The translations under genes were made by a program, and so were the position numbers. From Candidatus Micrarchaeota archaeon (GTDB lineage Archaea; Micrarchaeota; Micrarchaeia; Anstonellales; Bilamarchaeaceae), in the NCBI GenBank assembly GCA_023248035.1, contig JAHFFJ010000004.1, positions 12,048-54,163 of the forward strand: a DNA stretch of 42,116 bases, read 5' to 3'. The notes under the pieces are model-generated. The model was not told where the DNA came from, did no database searches, and was given only the letters and a program-made list of their open reading frames with translations. Below, piece after piece: positions 23,188 to 31,010 of this stretch (position 1 is the first letter of the stretch; every line of letters starts with the position of its first letter).

Positions 23188-23200
23188 TGCGACCTCGGCA

Positions 23201-23950
23201 CTAATATGAATAACTGGCCATGCTTGCTATAAACAAGAAAGCATAAATTGCCAGAACCACTGCTATTGGTATCAACACCACTGCTGCTGCTCTTAAACGG
23301 TCTAGTTGGTGCACGGTCTTTATTATTTTGTAATTTAGGTATATCGAATATACCGCTATTATGATGCTTAATATTGATCCTAGGCAGGGTATCACCAGTA
23401 GTGGGAAAACGATATTCCATGCTGATGTGACAAATGAGCTGAAATAAACTTGCTCAGTATATTTGCCCTTTCCACCCAATAGCTTTGCAATCAGAAAAGA
23501 AATTCCCTGACCTACTAGCAATACTATAGGTTCTAAGACGATTATCATAACTGCGTATATTATCCCAAAAACTATCAGCCCCAGGCCCAAAGCTCCCCCT
23601 AAAACCCCGCCCATTTCACTACTAATGCTTCCAAATAGGCTGTTGGCGATTGAACCAAAAAACAGTCCTATTATCGCAAAAAGGAGCAATGCTCCTACTG
23701 CAGGCACCAGAGAAGATAATGCTACATTGATTACTGCTTCCTTTAAGTCAGCCTTTGATTTCTGCTCCTGCATAATCTGATCGGTTTTTGAAGGCTCCAA
23801 AAACCTAAACCACAACTTTATCCGCTCAAGTACCATGAGAAGTAATTCAGTCAAACCAGTTAAATTCCTTGCGATAAGCCATCGATGCCATTCTGACCAA
23901 AAATTCTTGTCCTCTATTGCCGGCCTTGGCCTGTATATTTTTAAAATCAT
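23201..23950 (-). CDS. Polytopic membrane protein (possibly Yip1-domain family)
   Basis: 249-aa ORF with about 5 hydrophobic segments after a soluble N-terminus. The family call is by gestalt only. A TATA-like TTTATAGC (23226-23234) for tRNA-Ser lies within its 3' end. Confidence 0.65.
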   Translation of the reverse strand: MILKIYRPRPAIEDKNFWSEWHRWLIARNLTGLTELLLMVLERIKLWFRFLEPSKTDQIMQEQKSKADLKEAVINVALSSLVPAVGALLLFAIIGLFFGSIANSLFGSISSEMGGVLGGALGLGLIVFGIIYAVMIIVLEPIVLLVGQGISFLIAKLLGGKGKYTEQVYFSSFVTSAWNIVFPLLVIPCLGSILSIIIAVYSIYLNYKIIKTVHQLDRLRAAAVVLIPIAVVLAIYAFLFIASMASYSY

Positions 23951-23959
23951 TGATAAAAA

Positions 23960-24490
23960 ATGATATTCGGTGGAAGAATGACCCGAACTAGACTTTTAAT
24001 CGAAGCATCAGGACACGGGCCTGCTAGACCTTTTAAAAATGTTGCAGACGCGCTTGCAGATCCAACCCCAGTCAGAGGAAAATTAGCTTCTTGCAGAATT
24101 GTGGTATTTGACAATGATTCAGACTTTACGTACGCCACAATTCTAATAGATCGCATGCGTGGAAAATGCGCTAGCACTACTCCGATCCATTTCGACTTTA
24201 GGGGTTCTAGCTCTATCACCAGTGCGGTTCAAATTGGGCAAGGGAACGACATTGTCGTTATTTTCTTTTATCGAAATCATGAGGATACAGTCAAAGAAAT
24301 GATTGCACAAATGCGTGCAGCAAAACCCGAACTATATGTTGTTATTGCATCTGCCATGCCACATCACGTCCCAAGTAATTTAGCCGATATGGTTTTGGAC
24401 AAGAGCGAGCTGAGGTCAGAGAGTTTGTACACGCAATTTGAACAAATGCTTCAAGTGCCCGCACTAGGATCACCGGGCAGTGGCAAATAA
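23960..24490 (+). CDS. Hypothetical protein, paralog of the partial CDS at 1-553
   Basis: 176-aa ORF. The C-terminal ~60 aa align with the 1-553 product (see that entry). Confidence 0.6.
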   Translation: MIFGGRMTRTRLLIEASGHGPARPFKNVADALADPTPVRGKLASCRIVVFDNDSDFTYATILIDRMRGKCASTTPIHFDFRGSSSITSAVQIGQGNDIVVIFFYRNHEDTVKEMIAQMRAAKPELYVVIASAMPHHVPSNLADMVLDKSELRSESLYTQFEQMLQVPALGSPGSGK

Positions 24491-24581
24491 TCGAGAGTAT
24501 GGTAAATCGGAGCATAGCATAGTAAACTGGTCTATAGTAAACTTTCATAAAATCTTTCTTCTATTTTTCATTGTTGATTCT

Positions 24582-25463
24582 ATGTCTAATGAAATAGGAA
24601 CTTTTAATATCAAATCCGGGCTTGCAAAAATGCTAAAGGGCGGAGTGATCATGGATGTTACTAATGCCGAGCAGGCGATCATTGCACAAAAAGCTGGTGC
24701 AGTTGCGGTAATGGCACTTGAACGCGTGCCTGCCGATATCCGTGCCCAGGGCGGGGTCGCAAGAATGTCCGATCCGCAAAAAATAAAGGAAATACAATCT
24801 AGTGTTACTATTCCAGTTATGGCAAAATGCAGAATTGGTCATTTTGTCGAAGCCCAGCTTCTCGAGGCGCTTGAAGTTGATTTCATCGATGAAAGTGAAG
24901 TACTGACTCCTGCCGATCCCACTCTTCATGTTGATAAAAAAAACTTCACCGTACCATTTGTATGTGGGGCAAGAAATCTTGGCGAAGCCCTGCGTCGGAT
25001 AAACGAAGGAGCCGCAATGATCCGGAGTAAGGGTGAAGCTGGAACTGGCAACATCATCGAAGCTATCAGGCATATAAGGGCTATAAATGATGAAATCTTC
25101 AGCCTCAAAAATTTATCATCAGAAAAACTCGTTTCGCTAGCCAAAGACTATCGCGTTCCAGTTACTTTGATGGAAGAAACTGCAAAGCTAGGTCGCCTTA
25201 CTGTGGTGAATTTTGCAGCTGGTGGTATTGCTACTCCTGCTGATGCAGCACTTTGCATGCAACTTGGTGTGGATGGAGTTTTTGTTGGTTCGGGTATCTT
25301 TAAAAGTTCCAACCCTGCAAAAATGGCAAAAGCAATGGTGGATGCAGTTGCACATTTTAATGATCCAAAAAAACTAGTAGAAGCCAGTGTAGGGCTAGGT
25401 GATGCCATGCCCGGACTTGAAATCTCCTTGTTGGAAACCAAACTTTCAGAGCGTGGCATATAA
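24582..25463 (+). CDS. pdxS: Pyridoxal 5'-phosphate synthase, lyase subunit PdxS
   Basis: [42 protein letters not shown] is the PdxS signature. The preferred start is ATG 24582 (MSNEIG). The track ORF starts at 24480 with a non-homologous extension. Confidence 0.94.
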   Translation: MSNEIGTFNIKSGLAKMLKGGVIMDVTNAEQAIIAQKAGAVAVMALERVPADIRAQGGVARMSDPQKIKEIQSSVTIPVMAKCRIGHFVEAQLLEALEVDFIDESEVLTPADPTLHVDKKNFTVPFVCGARNLGEALRRINEGAAMIRSKGEAGTGNIIEAIRHIRAINDEIFSLKNLSSEKLVSLAKDYRVPVTLMEETAKLGRLTVVNFAAGGIATPADAALCMQLGVDGVFVGSGIFKSSNPAKMAKAMVDAVAHFNDPKKLVEASVGLGDAMPGLEISLLETKLSERGI

Positions 25464-25517
25464 ATCCACTAAAAGTAACTAAATAATTTATATACCTTCT
25501 TATCCTAATCATTTATT

Positions 25518-26081
25518 GTGTTAACTACATTCCAGAATAGATCAGGTAATTGCAATCCCAAAACTCCATTACGTGCTGCCGTAGTATTAATTGATATGCA
25601 AAATCCAAATCACATGCACCCGGTTGTTGGCGGGGAGATGTTTGATGGTATCTCCCGTCTCCAAAAACTACTTGATTTTGCCAGAGAGCATTGTATGCCC
25701 ACACTCTTTACACTCTATGATGGTGGTCCTGATCTTCTTCCTCGTCTTGCAACTTATGCTCCAAACCATAAGGTTTTTGGCAAATTCGAAACTGATGCTT
25801 TTAGCAACGCGGCTTTTGGGGCTTTCTTAACTGGCCGAGGAATTACTCATGTTGCGGTGGGAGGATTCGACATTTCCTATTCTGTAGAAGCAACAGTTAG
25901 CAGTGCATGTGCACGTGGTTTTAATGTATTAACCGCACCAGAACTCCTTTTTGGAGAACCATTAGATCACATTGATTATACATCCTCATGGCAAAGAAGT
26001 CTAATTAGGTTTGCTGAAATAGGTGTACTTAAATCAGATTTTACAAACTTGCTTTCAGACTTGCGTTCGCTAAGGAATTAA
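25518..26081 (+). CDS. Isochorismatase-family cysteine hydrolase
   Basis: AAVVLIDMQN and THVAVGGFDISYSVEATVSSACARGFNV resemble the isochorismatase/nicotinamidase fold motifs, although Ser replaces the usual catalytic Cys position (..YSVEAT..). GTG start. Confidence 0.65.
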   Translation: MLTTFQNRSGNCNPKTPLRAAVVLIDMQNPNHMHPVVGGEMFDGISRLQKLLDFAREHCMPTLFTLYDGGPDLLPRLATYAPNHKVFGKFETDAFSNAAFGAFLTGRGITHVAVGGFDISYSVEATVSSACARGFNVLTAPELLFGEPLDHIDYTSSWQRSLIRFAEIGVLKSDFTNLLSDLRSLRN

Positions 26082-26147
26082 ACTCCTTTAAATACCTGAG
26101 TAAATCTAACCCCCTGAATAATTAATTTTTCTAAACATTCTTTTATT

Positions 26148-26765
26148 ATGCGAATTGGTGTTCTTGCCTTACAGGGTAATGTATCCGAGCATGTAAATGC
26201 AACAAAAAAGGCAGCTTCTGCTCTAGGACTCGAATGCAACGTGATCGAAGTTCGAACCAAACGCGACCTGAAAGGGGTTATAGGTTTAATCATTCCCGGA
26301 GGGGAAAGCACCACCCTCCAAAAACTTTGCGAACGGGAAGGGCTTTTTGAGGAGATAGAGAAAGTGCCAAACATTTTCGGTACCTGTGCTGGTGCTATAA
26401 TGCTCGCAAAAAAAATTCACAAGAAAGAATCCGATCAGCGTACTCTTGAACTTATGGATATCGAAGTTGACCGTAATGGTTATGGCCGCCAGGTGCAGTC
26501 TTTTGAAAAAAATGTAGAAACTAAATTTGGTAAAGTTCGTGCCTTCTTCATCCGGGCTCCACGTATAAAATCAATAGGTAAGGGAGTATCGATAATCGCA
26601 AATAACAATGGTGAAACTATCGCTTGCCAACAAATAATAAATGATAAAACAAATGATAAAAAATTCCACTTTTACCTTGCCACCTGCTTTCATCCTGAAC
26701 TCAGTACAACAAAGTTCCACGAAGAATTCCTTCGGGTGTGCAGTGGTGCGCATTTATATTGTTAA
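26148..26765 (+). CDS. pdxT: Pyridoxal 5'-phosphate synthase, glutaminase subunit PdxT
   Basis: MRIGVLALQGNVSEHVNA, IIPGGESTT, GTCAGAIML and FHPEL are the class I amidotransferase triad context typical of PdxT. Confidence 0.9.
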   Translation: MRIGVLALQGNVSEHVNATKKAASALGLECNVIEVRTKRDLKGVIGLIIPGGESTTLQKLCEREGLFEEIEKVPNIFGTCAGAIMLAKKIHKKESDQRTLELMDIEVDRNGYGRQVQSFEKNVETKFGKVRAFFIRAPRIKSIGKGVSIIANNNGETIACQQIINDKTNDKKFHFYLATCFHPELSTTKFHEEFLRVCSGAHLYC

Positions 26766-26810
26766 CTATTTAATATCAATTACTATTCTTCAAGTTAAAG
26801 GTGATAATAA

Positions 26811-27326
26811 ATGGGAATCAGACCAGGTCGAGCAATACGAGATGCAGATAAAGTTGCATGGACCAGATATTCAAGAAGTAAACCACGTAAATCATTCATA
26901 AAATCAATGCCACACGCAGATCTTCACCAATTCAGGATGGGAGTTCTAAAGAATGATTATGATTGCATTTTGAGTCTCAGGAGCAACGAGGCCACTATAT
27001 TAAGAGATAATGCGATCGAGAGTGCACGTCAAAGTTCAAACAAGCACCTAGAGAAAATGACTGCTGGTGCATACTACTTCACTGTTAGGGTTTACCCTCA
27101 TCACATAATAAGGGAAAATAAGATGATTGCAGGTGCTGGTGCAGATCGTCTTCAAAAAGGTATGCGACGTGCATTTGGAAGACCTACCGATCGTGCTGCA
27201 AGACTGGGTGTTGGTACCAAATTGTTTACTGTTCACTCCTATAAGGCCAATATTGAGCACATAAAAAAGGCATTTGGGCGTGCTACGAGGAAACTTTCCG
27301 GTTCTTATAGTATAGTAGTTGAATAG
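26811..27326 (+). CDS. rpl10e: 50S ribosomal protein L10e (uL16)
   Basis: 171-aa ORF (RPGRAIRD...YSRSK....HQFRMG...AGADRLQKGMRRAFG), the archaeal L10e pattern. Confidence 0.9.
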   Translation: MGIRPGRAIRDADKVAWTRYSRSKPRKSFIKSMPHADLHQFRMGVLKNDYDCILSLRSNEATILRDNAIESARQSSNKHLEKMTAGAYYFTVRVYPHHIIRENKMIAGAGADRLQKGMRRAFGRPTDRAARLGVGTKLFTVHSYKANIEHIKKAFGRATRKLSGSYSIVVE

Positions 27327-27372
27327 TAATTGAATAATTGTAATTGAATATGAATAATAGTAATTGAATAAT
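27325..27372 (+). repeat. Three direct copies of GTAATTGAATA (17-nt period)
   Basis: agtaattgaataat occurs at 27325-27338 and 27359-27372, and tgtaattgaatat at 27339-27351. The first copy overlaps the rpl10e stop codon (TAG 27324-27326) and the rest lie immediately downstream. Confidence 0.7.
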
Positions 27373-27522
27373 TTTACATTTTTTTCTAATTATTCTATCT
27401 TCTCTACTCCTATTTCCTATACATATCCCGTTCAAATCCCCCCAATCTTTATATATTTTGTGTGTTTGCGCCCTATTTTTGGCTATTTATGTTGTCTTGT
27501 GGTTATATCTTTATAAATCCAA

Positions 27523-29304
27523 TTGTGCATAATTACTACTGTTAGAGGTGAGTATTTGGACAAAGTTACTGTTGAAGAACCGCTCATAAGTACTGATGTT
27601 GATAACCTTATCCGTACTATTGCAGAAAAGAAGAAGATTGGCCTAAATGATCTAAGGCAGGAATGCAAGATCGATAAAAAGACCATGGACAAATGGATTG
27701 CAGTACTTGAAGATGAAGGTTACATAAACGTGGAATATGGCATCCGCGGTACCTACATATTCTGGAGAGAAAATGGCCAAATCGAGCGAGCTGAACAACC
27801 CCAGGGTAGTTTCGAAGAGACACCTGTTGCCCCGGTAATGGAAGAGATCCAGGAGCCAAACCAAGAAGAAATACCACAAGAAGTTCACGGAGACTTTTCT
27901 CCAACCAAAACTGAAGAAGAACCAGAACCTGAGGAACTCTTAAGCGACTATCTCGAGCGCAAGCGTGGAAACGATGTAGAAAGTCTAAAATCAAATATTC
28001 TTACCAGCCTTGATGAATCTGAGTCAAGTTCCTGGGAAAATGACACTTTTGATACTCCAGAAGAAAAGCCAGAAACTGAGCTTCCACCTCGCATAAAAGT
28101 TAAACAACCTATTGTAAAAGATATTGTAAAAGAAACAGAAGCCCCAAGACAAATAGGAGTTATTACTCCTCCTAAACGTGCATCTGCGGATGTTCGTGAA
28201 CTAGTTGCTTCTTACCTTGCTGAGATAAAAAATGAAAAGGCTAAAACCGAAGCACTAAGGAAGGAAAAAGAGAATCTTTATCGTGATAAGTTCAATGCAA
28301 TTGAAGGCAAGATGCAGGCTGATATAGTAGTGATAACCGAAAAAATACTTGAAAAACAAAGCAAGATTGCAGAACTTAAGGAGCGTGTACTCGAACTTCC
28401 CGACAAAGTTGACCAGCTTAGTGAGGTTCAGAAACAAATGGAAGATCTTAAAAAAGAGGGTAAAGATGCTCTTGAACGAACAAGGCAAAAAGCAGAGCAG
28501 TTCATAGGTTCTCTATCTACTTCAAAAACCGAAATCGAACAAAAACTTTCAACTATAAATTCAACACTCGCTGAGCAATCCGAGCGTATGAAGGAACTTG
28601 AAAAAACAGCTGCTGTAATTGGTGCGCGTTCAGCAAAGGCCAAATCTGCTCTAGAAGATACCCGTGTCCAGGTGGAAGAACTTAATTCCACTCTCTCCAA
28701 TTTAACATCTGATCTTGAAGCCTTAAAAGAGATGAAGCAAGAAGTTGCAGAAATGACTGATAGTGTAAAAGAAGCTGTAGCAAGTCATGGAAGCGAACTT
28801 GAATCACTTGAAGAAGAAATCGAGGGTATTTCCCGTGTCGAGCACTGGGTTGAGGAGTACATAAGGGATTACGAGCAAAAAGTTTCTGAGATCGAAGAAT
28901 ATGTATCTCATGGTGAAGATGAAATTTCAGATTTGCGTGAATCTGCAGAATCACTTTACATGAAAAAATATCTTGGTGAACTCGAAAACCTTGCTGATGC
29001 TTATGAGAATGAGCTTCAGGATACAGTTTCATCTGAAAGGTCAATAGAGGGCAAAATTACGGCTTCCCGAACCAGAATAAGTGAACTGGTGGGGGAAAGT
29101 CACGATATGATAAAGAAACTTCGCAGTGATCTTGCTGATGAACGTGATTATGATGAGATCCTTTCACGTGTAAAAGAGCGAACTGCCAAAACCAAATCCA
29201 TAGTTGGTGAAAAGCAAAAGGAAAGAAGCAAGTTAAGGGAAGATTCAAAAAAGACAAGAAAAACAAAGTCGGTCGGTCTTTCCAAGAAGAAAAAGAAAAA
29301 ATAG
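27523..29304 (+). CDS. Coiled-coil protein with an N-terminal winged-helix domain and a Lys-rich C-terminus
   Basis: 593-aa ORF with a wHTH-like N-terminus (LIRTIAEKKKIGLNDLRQECKIDKKTMDKWIAVLEDEGYINVEYG), an acidic linker, more than 300 aa of heptad-rich E/K sequence and a KKKKKK end. The probable start is TTG ~27556 after GAGGTGA. Confidence 0.65.
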   Translation: MCIITTVRGEYLDKVTVEEPLISTDVDNLIRTIAEKKKIGLNDLRQECKIDKKTMDKWIAVLEDEGYINVEYGIRGTYIFWRENGQIERAEQPQGSFEETPVAPVMEEIQEPNQEEIPQEVHGDFSPTKTEEEPEPEELLSDYLERKRGNDVESLKSNILTSLDESESSSWENDTFDTPEEKPETELPPRIKVKQPIVKDIVKETEAPRQIGVITPPKRASADVRELVASYLAEIKNEKAKTEALRKEKENLYRDKFNAIEGKMQADIVVITEKILEKQSKIAELKERVLELPDKVDQLSEVQKQMEDLKKEGKDALERTRQKAEQFIGSLSTSKTEIEQKLSTINSTLAEQSERMKELEKTAAVIGARSAKAKSALEDTRVQVEELNSTLSNLTSDLEALKEMKQEVAEMTDSVKEAVASHGSELESLEEEIEGISRVEHWVEEYIRDYEQKVSEIEEYVSHGEDEISDLRESAESLYMKKYLGELENLADAYENELQDTVSSERSIEGKITASRTRISELVGESHDMIKKLRSDLADERDYDEILSRVKERTAKTKSIVGEKQKERSKLREDSKKTRKTKSVGLSKKKKKK

Positions 29305-29454
29305 TTGGTTTACATAAGTTCTAGAATGAGACTTTCGAGGGCATTATTTTTTGCTGGTGCTATCTCCACTTTGGGATGTAATAGGGAAAAGAATTGGTGT
29401 ATTTAAGAATACTGTCTGCTCTGAATAATCTAATCAACTGAATTAGCCGAGAGT

Positions 29455-30105
29455 TCTGCCTGCATCGCAGGCTGGTGAATCGGCGACATACTTATTTTTT
29501 CACTGTAAAAATTACGTCGGTAGCCGGCGCGCCGCCCGAAGGGCGGCACAGGTCTTTCATGAGAAGAGGCTACCGGACGTGAGCAAATGGTTAGTGGAAC
29601 TTTTGTAAATAAAAAGGAATCTGGCAGATACAACTACCAACATATCTATTTTGTTTCAAAGAAAAGGAAGGCAGTTTTCAGAAAACAAAAAACAATTGAT
29701 GCATGCAGGGCAGCTTTCTATGAAGCTGCCGGGCAATTTGGCTTCACAATAAGGGAATTGGGATTCGGAGAAGATTTTGCACATGTCCACATGATTGTTG
29801 ATATTCCATCCAAATTTTCCGTGCAGCAAACTCTTCAAATATTCAAAAGCCACAGTGCCTCAAGAATTTTTGAGAAAGTTCCAAATTTTCTGAAACTATA
29901 TCCTAACAGGGAATTTTGGAGTGGCTGGAGATACAATGGCAGCATAGGTCCAATGACTGAGGCAGTTGTCAAAAAATATATTCAAAAGCAGGATATAATC
30001 CAGAAAAGAATCTCAGATTTCAACTGAAGCGAGCGCCGCTGATACGGCGAGCCTTGCTCGCCGAGAAGGCGCGAGCAGTGGGGTCATAGGGGCGAAGCCC
30101 CTATT
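29455..30105 (+). mobile_element. IS200/IS605-family element (tnpA only); ends approximate
   Basis: tnpA is flanked by GC-rich hairpins in an AT-rich background. On the left are gcctgc-atc-gcaggc (29458-29472) and cggtagcc...ggctaccg enclosing gccgccc-gaa-gggcggc (29518-29575). On the right are ggcgag-ccttg-ctcgcc (30046-30062) and atagggg-cgaag-cccctat (30086-30104). No tnpB is present. Confidence 0.6.
29587..30027 (+). CDS. tnpA: IS200/IS605-family Y1 (HUH) transposase TnpA
   Basis: 146-aa ORF with HUH motif FAHVHMIV, SKFSVQQTLQIFKSHSASRIF and the C-terminal catalytic Tyr context VVKKYIQKQ. It is colinear with IS200 TnpA. Confidence 0.85.
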   Translation: MVSGTFVNKKESGRYNYQHIYFVSKKRKAVFRKQKTIDACRAAFYEAAGQFGFTIRELGFGEDFAHVHMIVDIPSKFSVQQTLQIFKSHSASRIFEKVPNFLKLYPNREFWSGWRYNGSIGPMTEAVVKKYIQKQDIIQKRISDFN

Positions 30106-30639
30106 TCATAGTTTCATTTGTTTCTCATTCCTACTTCTAACATCATCCACTATGGCGAGCCAGGAATCCCCTATTTTCATAAAGTAATTCCCAAAAGTTT
30201 TGCTAAGTGATATTCGCATCGGTCGGAATTTACGCTTGCTTTCTATTGCAACTAAAGTGTCTCGTTCCACCTTTATCATTCCCACTCTTTTAAGGCGGGG
30301 AAGAACTCGGTTGTAAAAGGTTGCCTTAGAAATCCCATTTGTATTTACATAAGCAGCTATCTCCTCACCACCCACCTGGCTCTTTTCACAAAGCAGTTTA
30401 AGAAAACCAGTTGCTATCTCATAATATTTTGGCTGGTATTTTTTTGAGAATATAAAATTCGCAACCTCATCCACATTCCAGGTGTTTCTGGTTATGTTCT
30501 CGTTTTTATCCTGAAAAGATCGAAGCTCTTCACTATCATGCCTTGGAAGATAGACCGATTCATCTGATGGCACCCCACGAGAGGCAATGCTTTTTTTGGC
30601 TGTATTAAGGGGTTGCGTGTCGTTTTCGATTCCATTCAT
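30106..30639 (-). CDS. Putative HTH DNA-binding protein
   Basis: 177-aa ORF. GGEEIAAYVNTNGISKATFYNRVLPRLKRVGMIKVE is HTH-like. Confidence 0.5.
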   Translation of the reverse strand: MNGIENDTQPLNTAKKSIASRGVPSDESVYLPRHDSEELRSFQDKNENITRNTWNVDEVANFIFSKKYQPKYYEIATGFLKLLCEKSQVGGEEIAAYVNTNGISKATFYNRVLPRLKRVGMIKVERDTLVAIESKRKFRPMRISLSKTFGNYFMKIGDSWLAIVDDVRSRNEKQMKL

Positions 30640-30701
30640 AAAAAGGAATTCCAGAGAAAAAATATAAGGTTTACTGCTATGCGATGTAAATCGCTCTACA
30701 C

Positions 30702-31010
30702 TTACTCACCAAAGATACTTCCAAAACCAGATTCTGCTTCCTCTTCTTCTTTGCGTATCTTTTCAGCAATTTTATCTTCATTTTTTGCAACTACTGCATG
30801 CTCTTTTAATTTTTCATCAGCCTTTTTTACAAAATCATCTGATGCTGAAATGTAAATATAAATTTTGTTCTTATCTTCGCCAAGAACTGTTCCATCCTTC
30901 ACCTTATAGCCTACTCTCGCAAAGCTATCATCCGCATAAGGGTCGGTTTCAAGTATCTTGGTTATTAGTGCCTTCTTGGAACTATCACATTCGTAAACTC
31001 TGTACATCAT
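30702..31010 (-). CDS. Small acidic protein with a ribosomal-stalk-like C-terminal tail
   Basis: 102-aa ORF ending in KIRKEEEEAESGFGSIFGE. Its start overlaps the stop of the upstream membrane-protein gene. Confidence 0.6.
   Translation of the reverse strand: MMYRVYECDSSKKALITKILETDPYADDSFARVGYKVKDGTVLGEDKNKIYIYISASDDFVKKADEKLKEHAVVAKNEDKIAEKIRKEEEEAESGFGSIFGE

Larger units (their letters stand above)
22886..23199 (-). tRNA. tRNA-Ser(CGA), class II, four exons and three introns
   Basis: The RNA-sense exons are GCCGAGGTCGCA (23199-23188), TTCCGGTAGTGCGTCGGTCTCGAA (23096-23073), AGCCGATCCCTCGTGGATTGCAGGTTCAA (23035-23007) and ATCCTGCCCTCGGCG (22900-22886). They join to 80 nt with acceptor GCCGAGG/CCTCGGC, 3-bp D stem GCA/TGC, anticodon arm TCGGT-CTCGAAA-GCCGA, a 13-nt variable arm, T arm GCAGG-TTCAAAT-CCTGC and discriminator G (Ser-like). 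Confidence 0.8.

Noticed and set aside
29587-30105. IS605-type tnpB/OMEGA-RNA module next to tnpA
   Set aside because: The downstream ORF (30106-30639) is on the opposite strand and HTH-like. No RuvC-like TnpB ORF is present, so the element is IS200-like (tnpA only).
30702-31010. Annotating this ORF as ribosomal stalk protein P1 (L12e)
   Set aside because: Only the last ~15 residues match. The N-terminal domain is unlike the helical P1 dimerisation domain and there is no P0/L10 context. It is kept as a finding instead.
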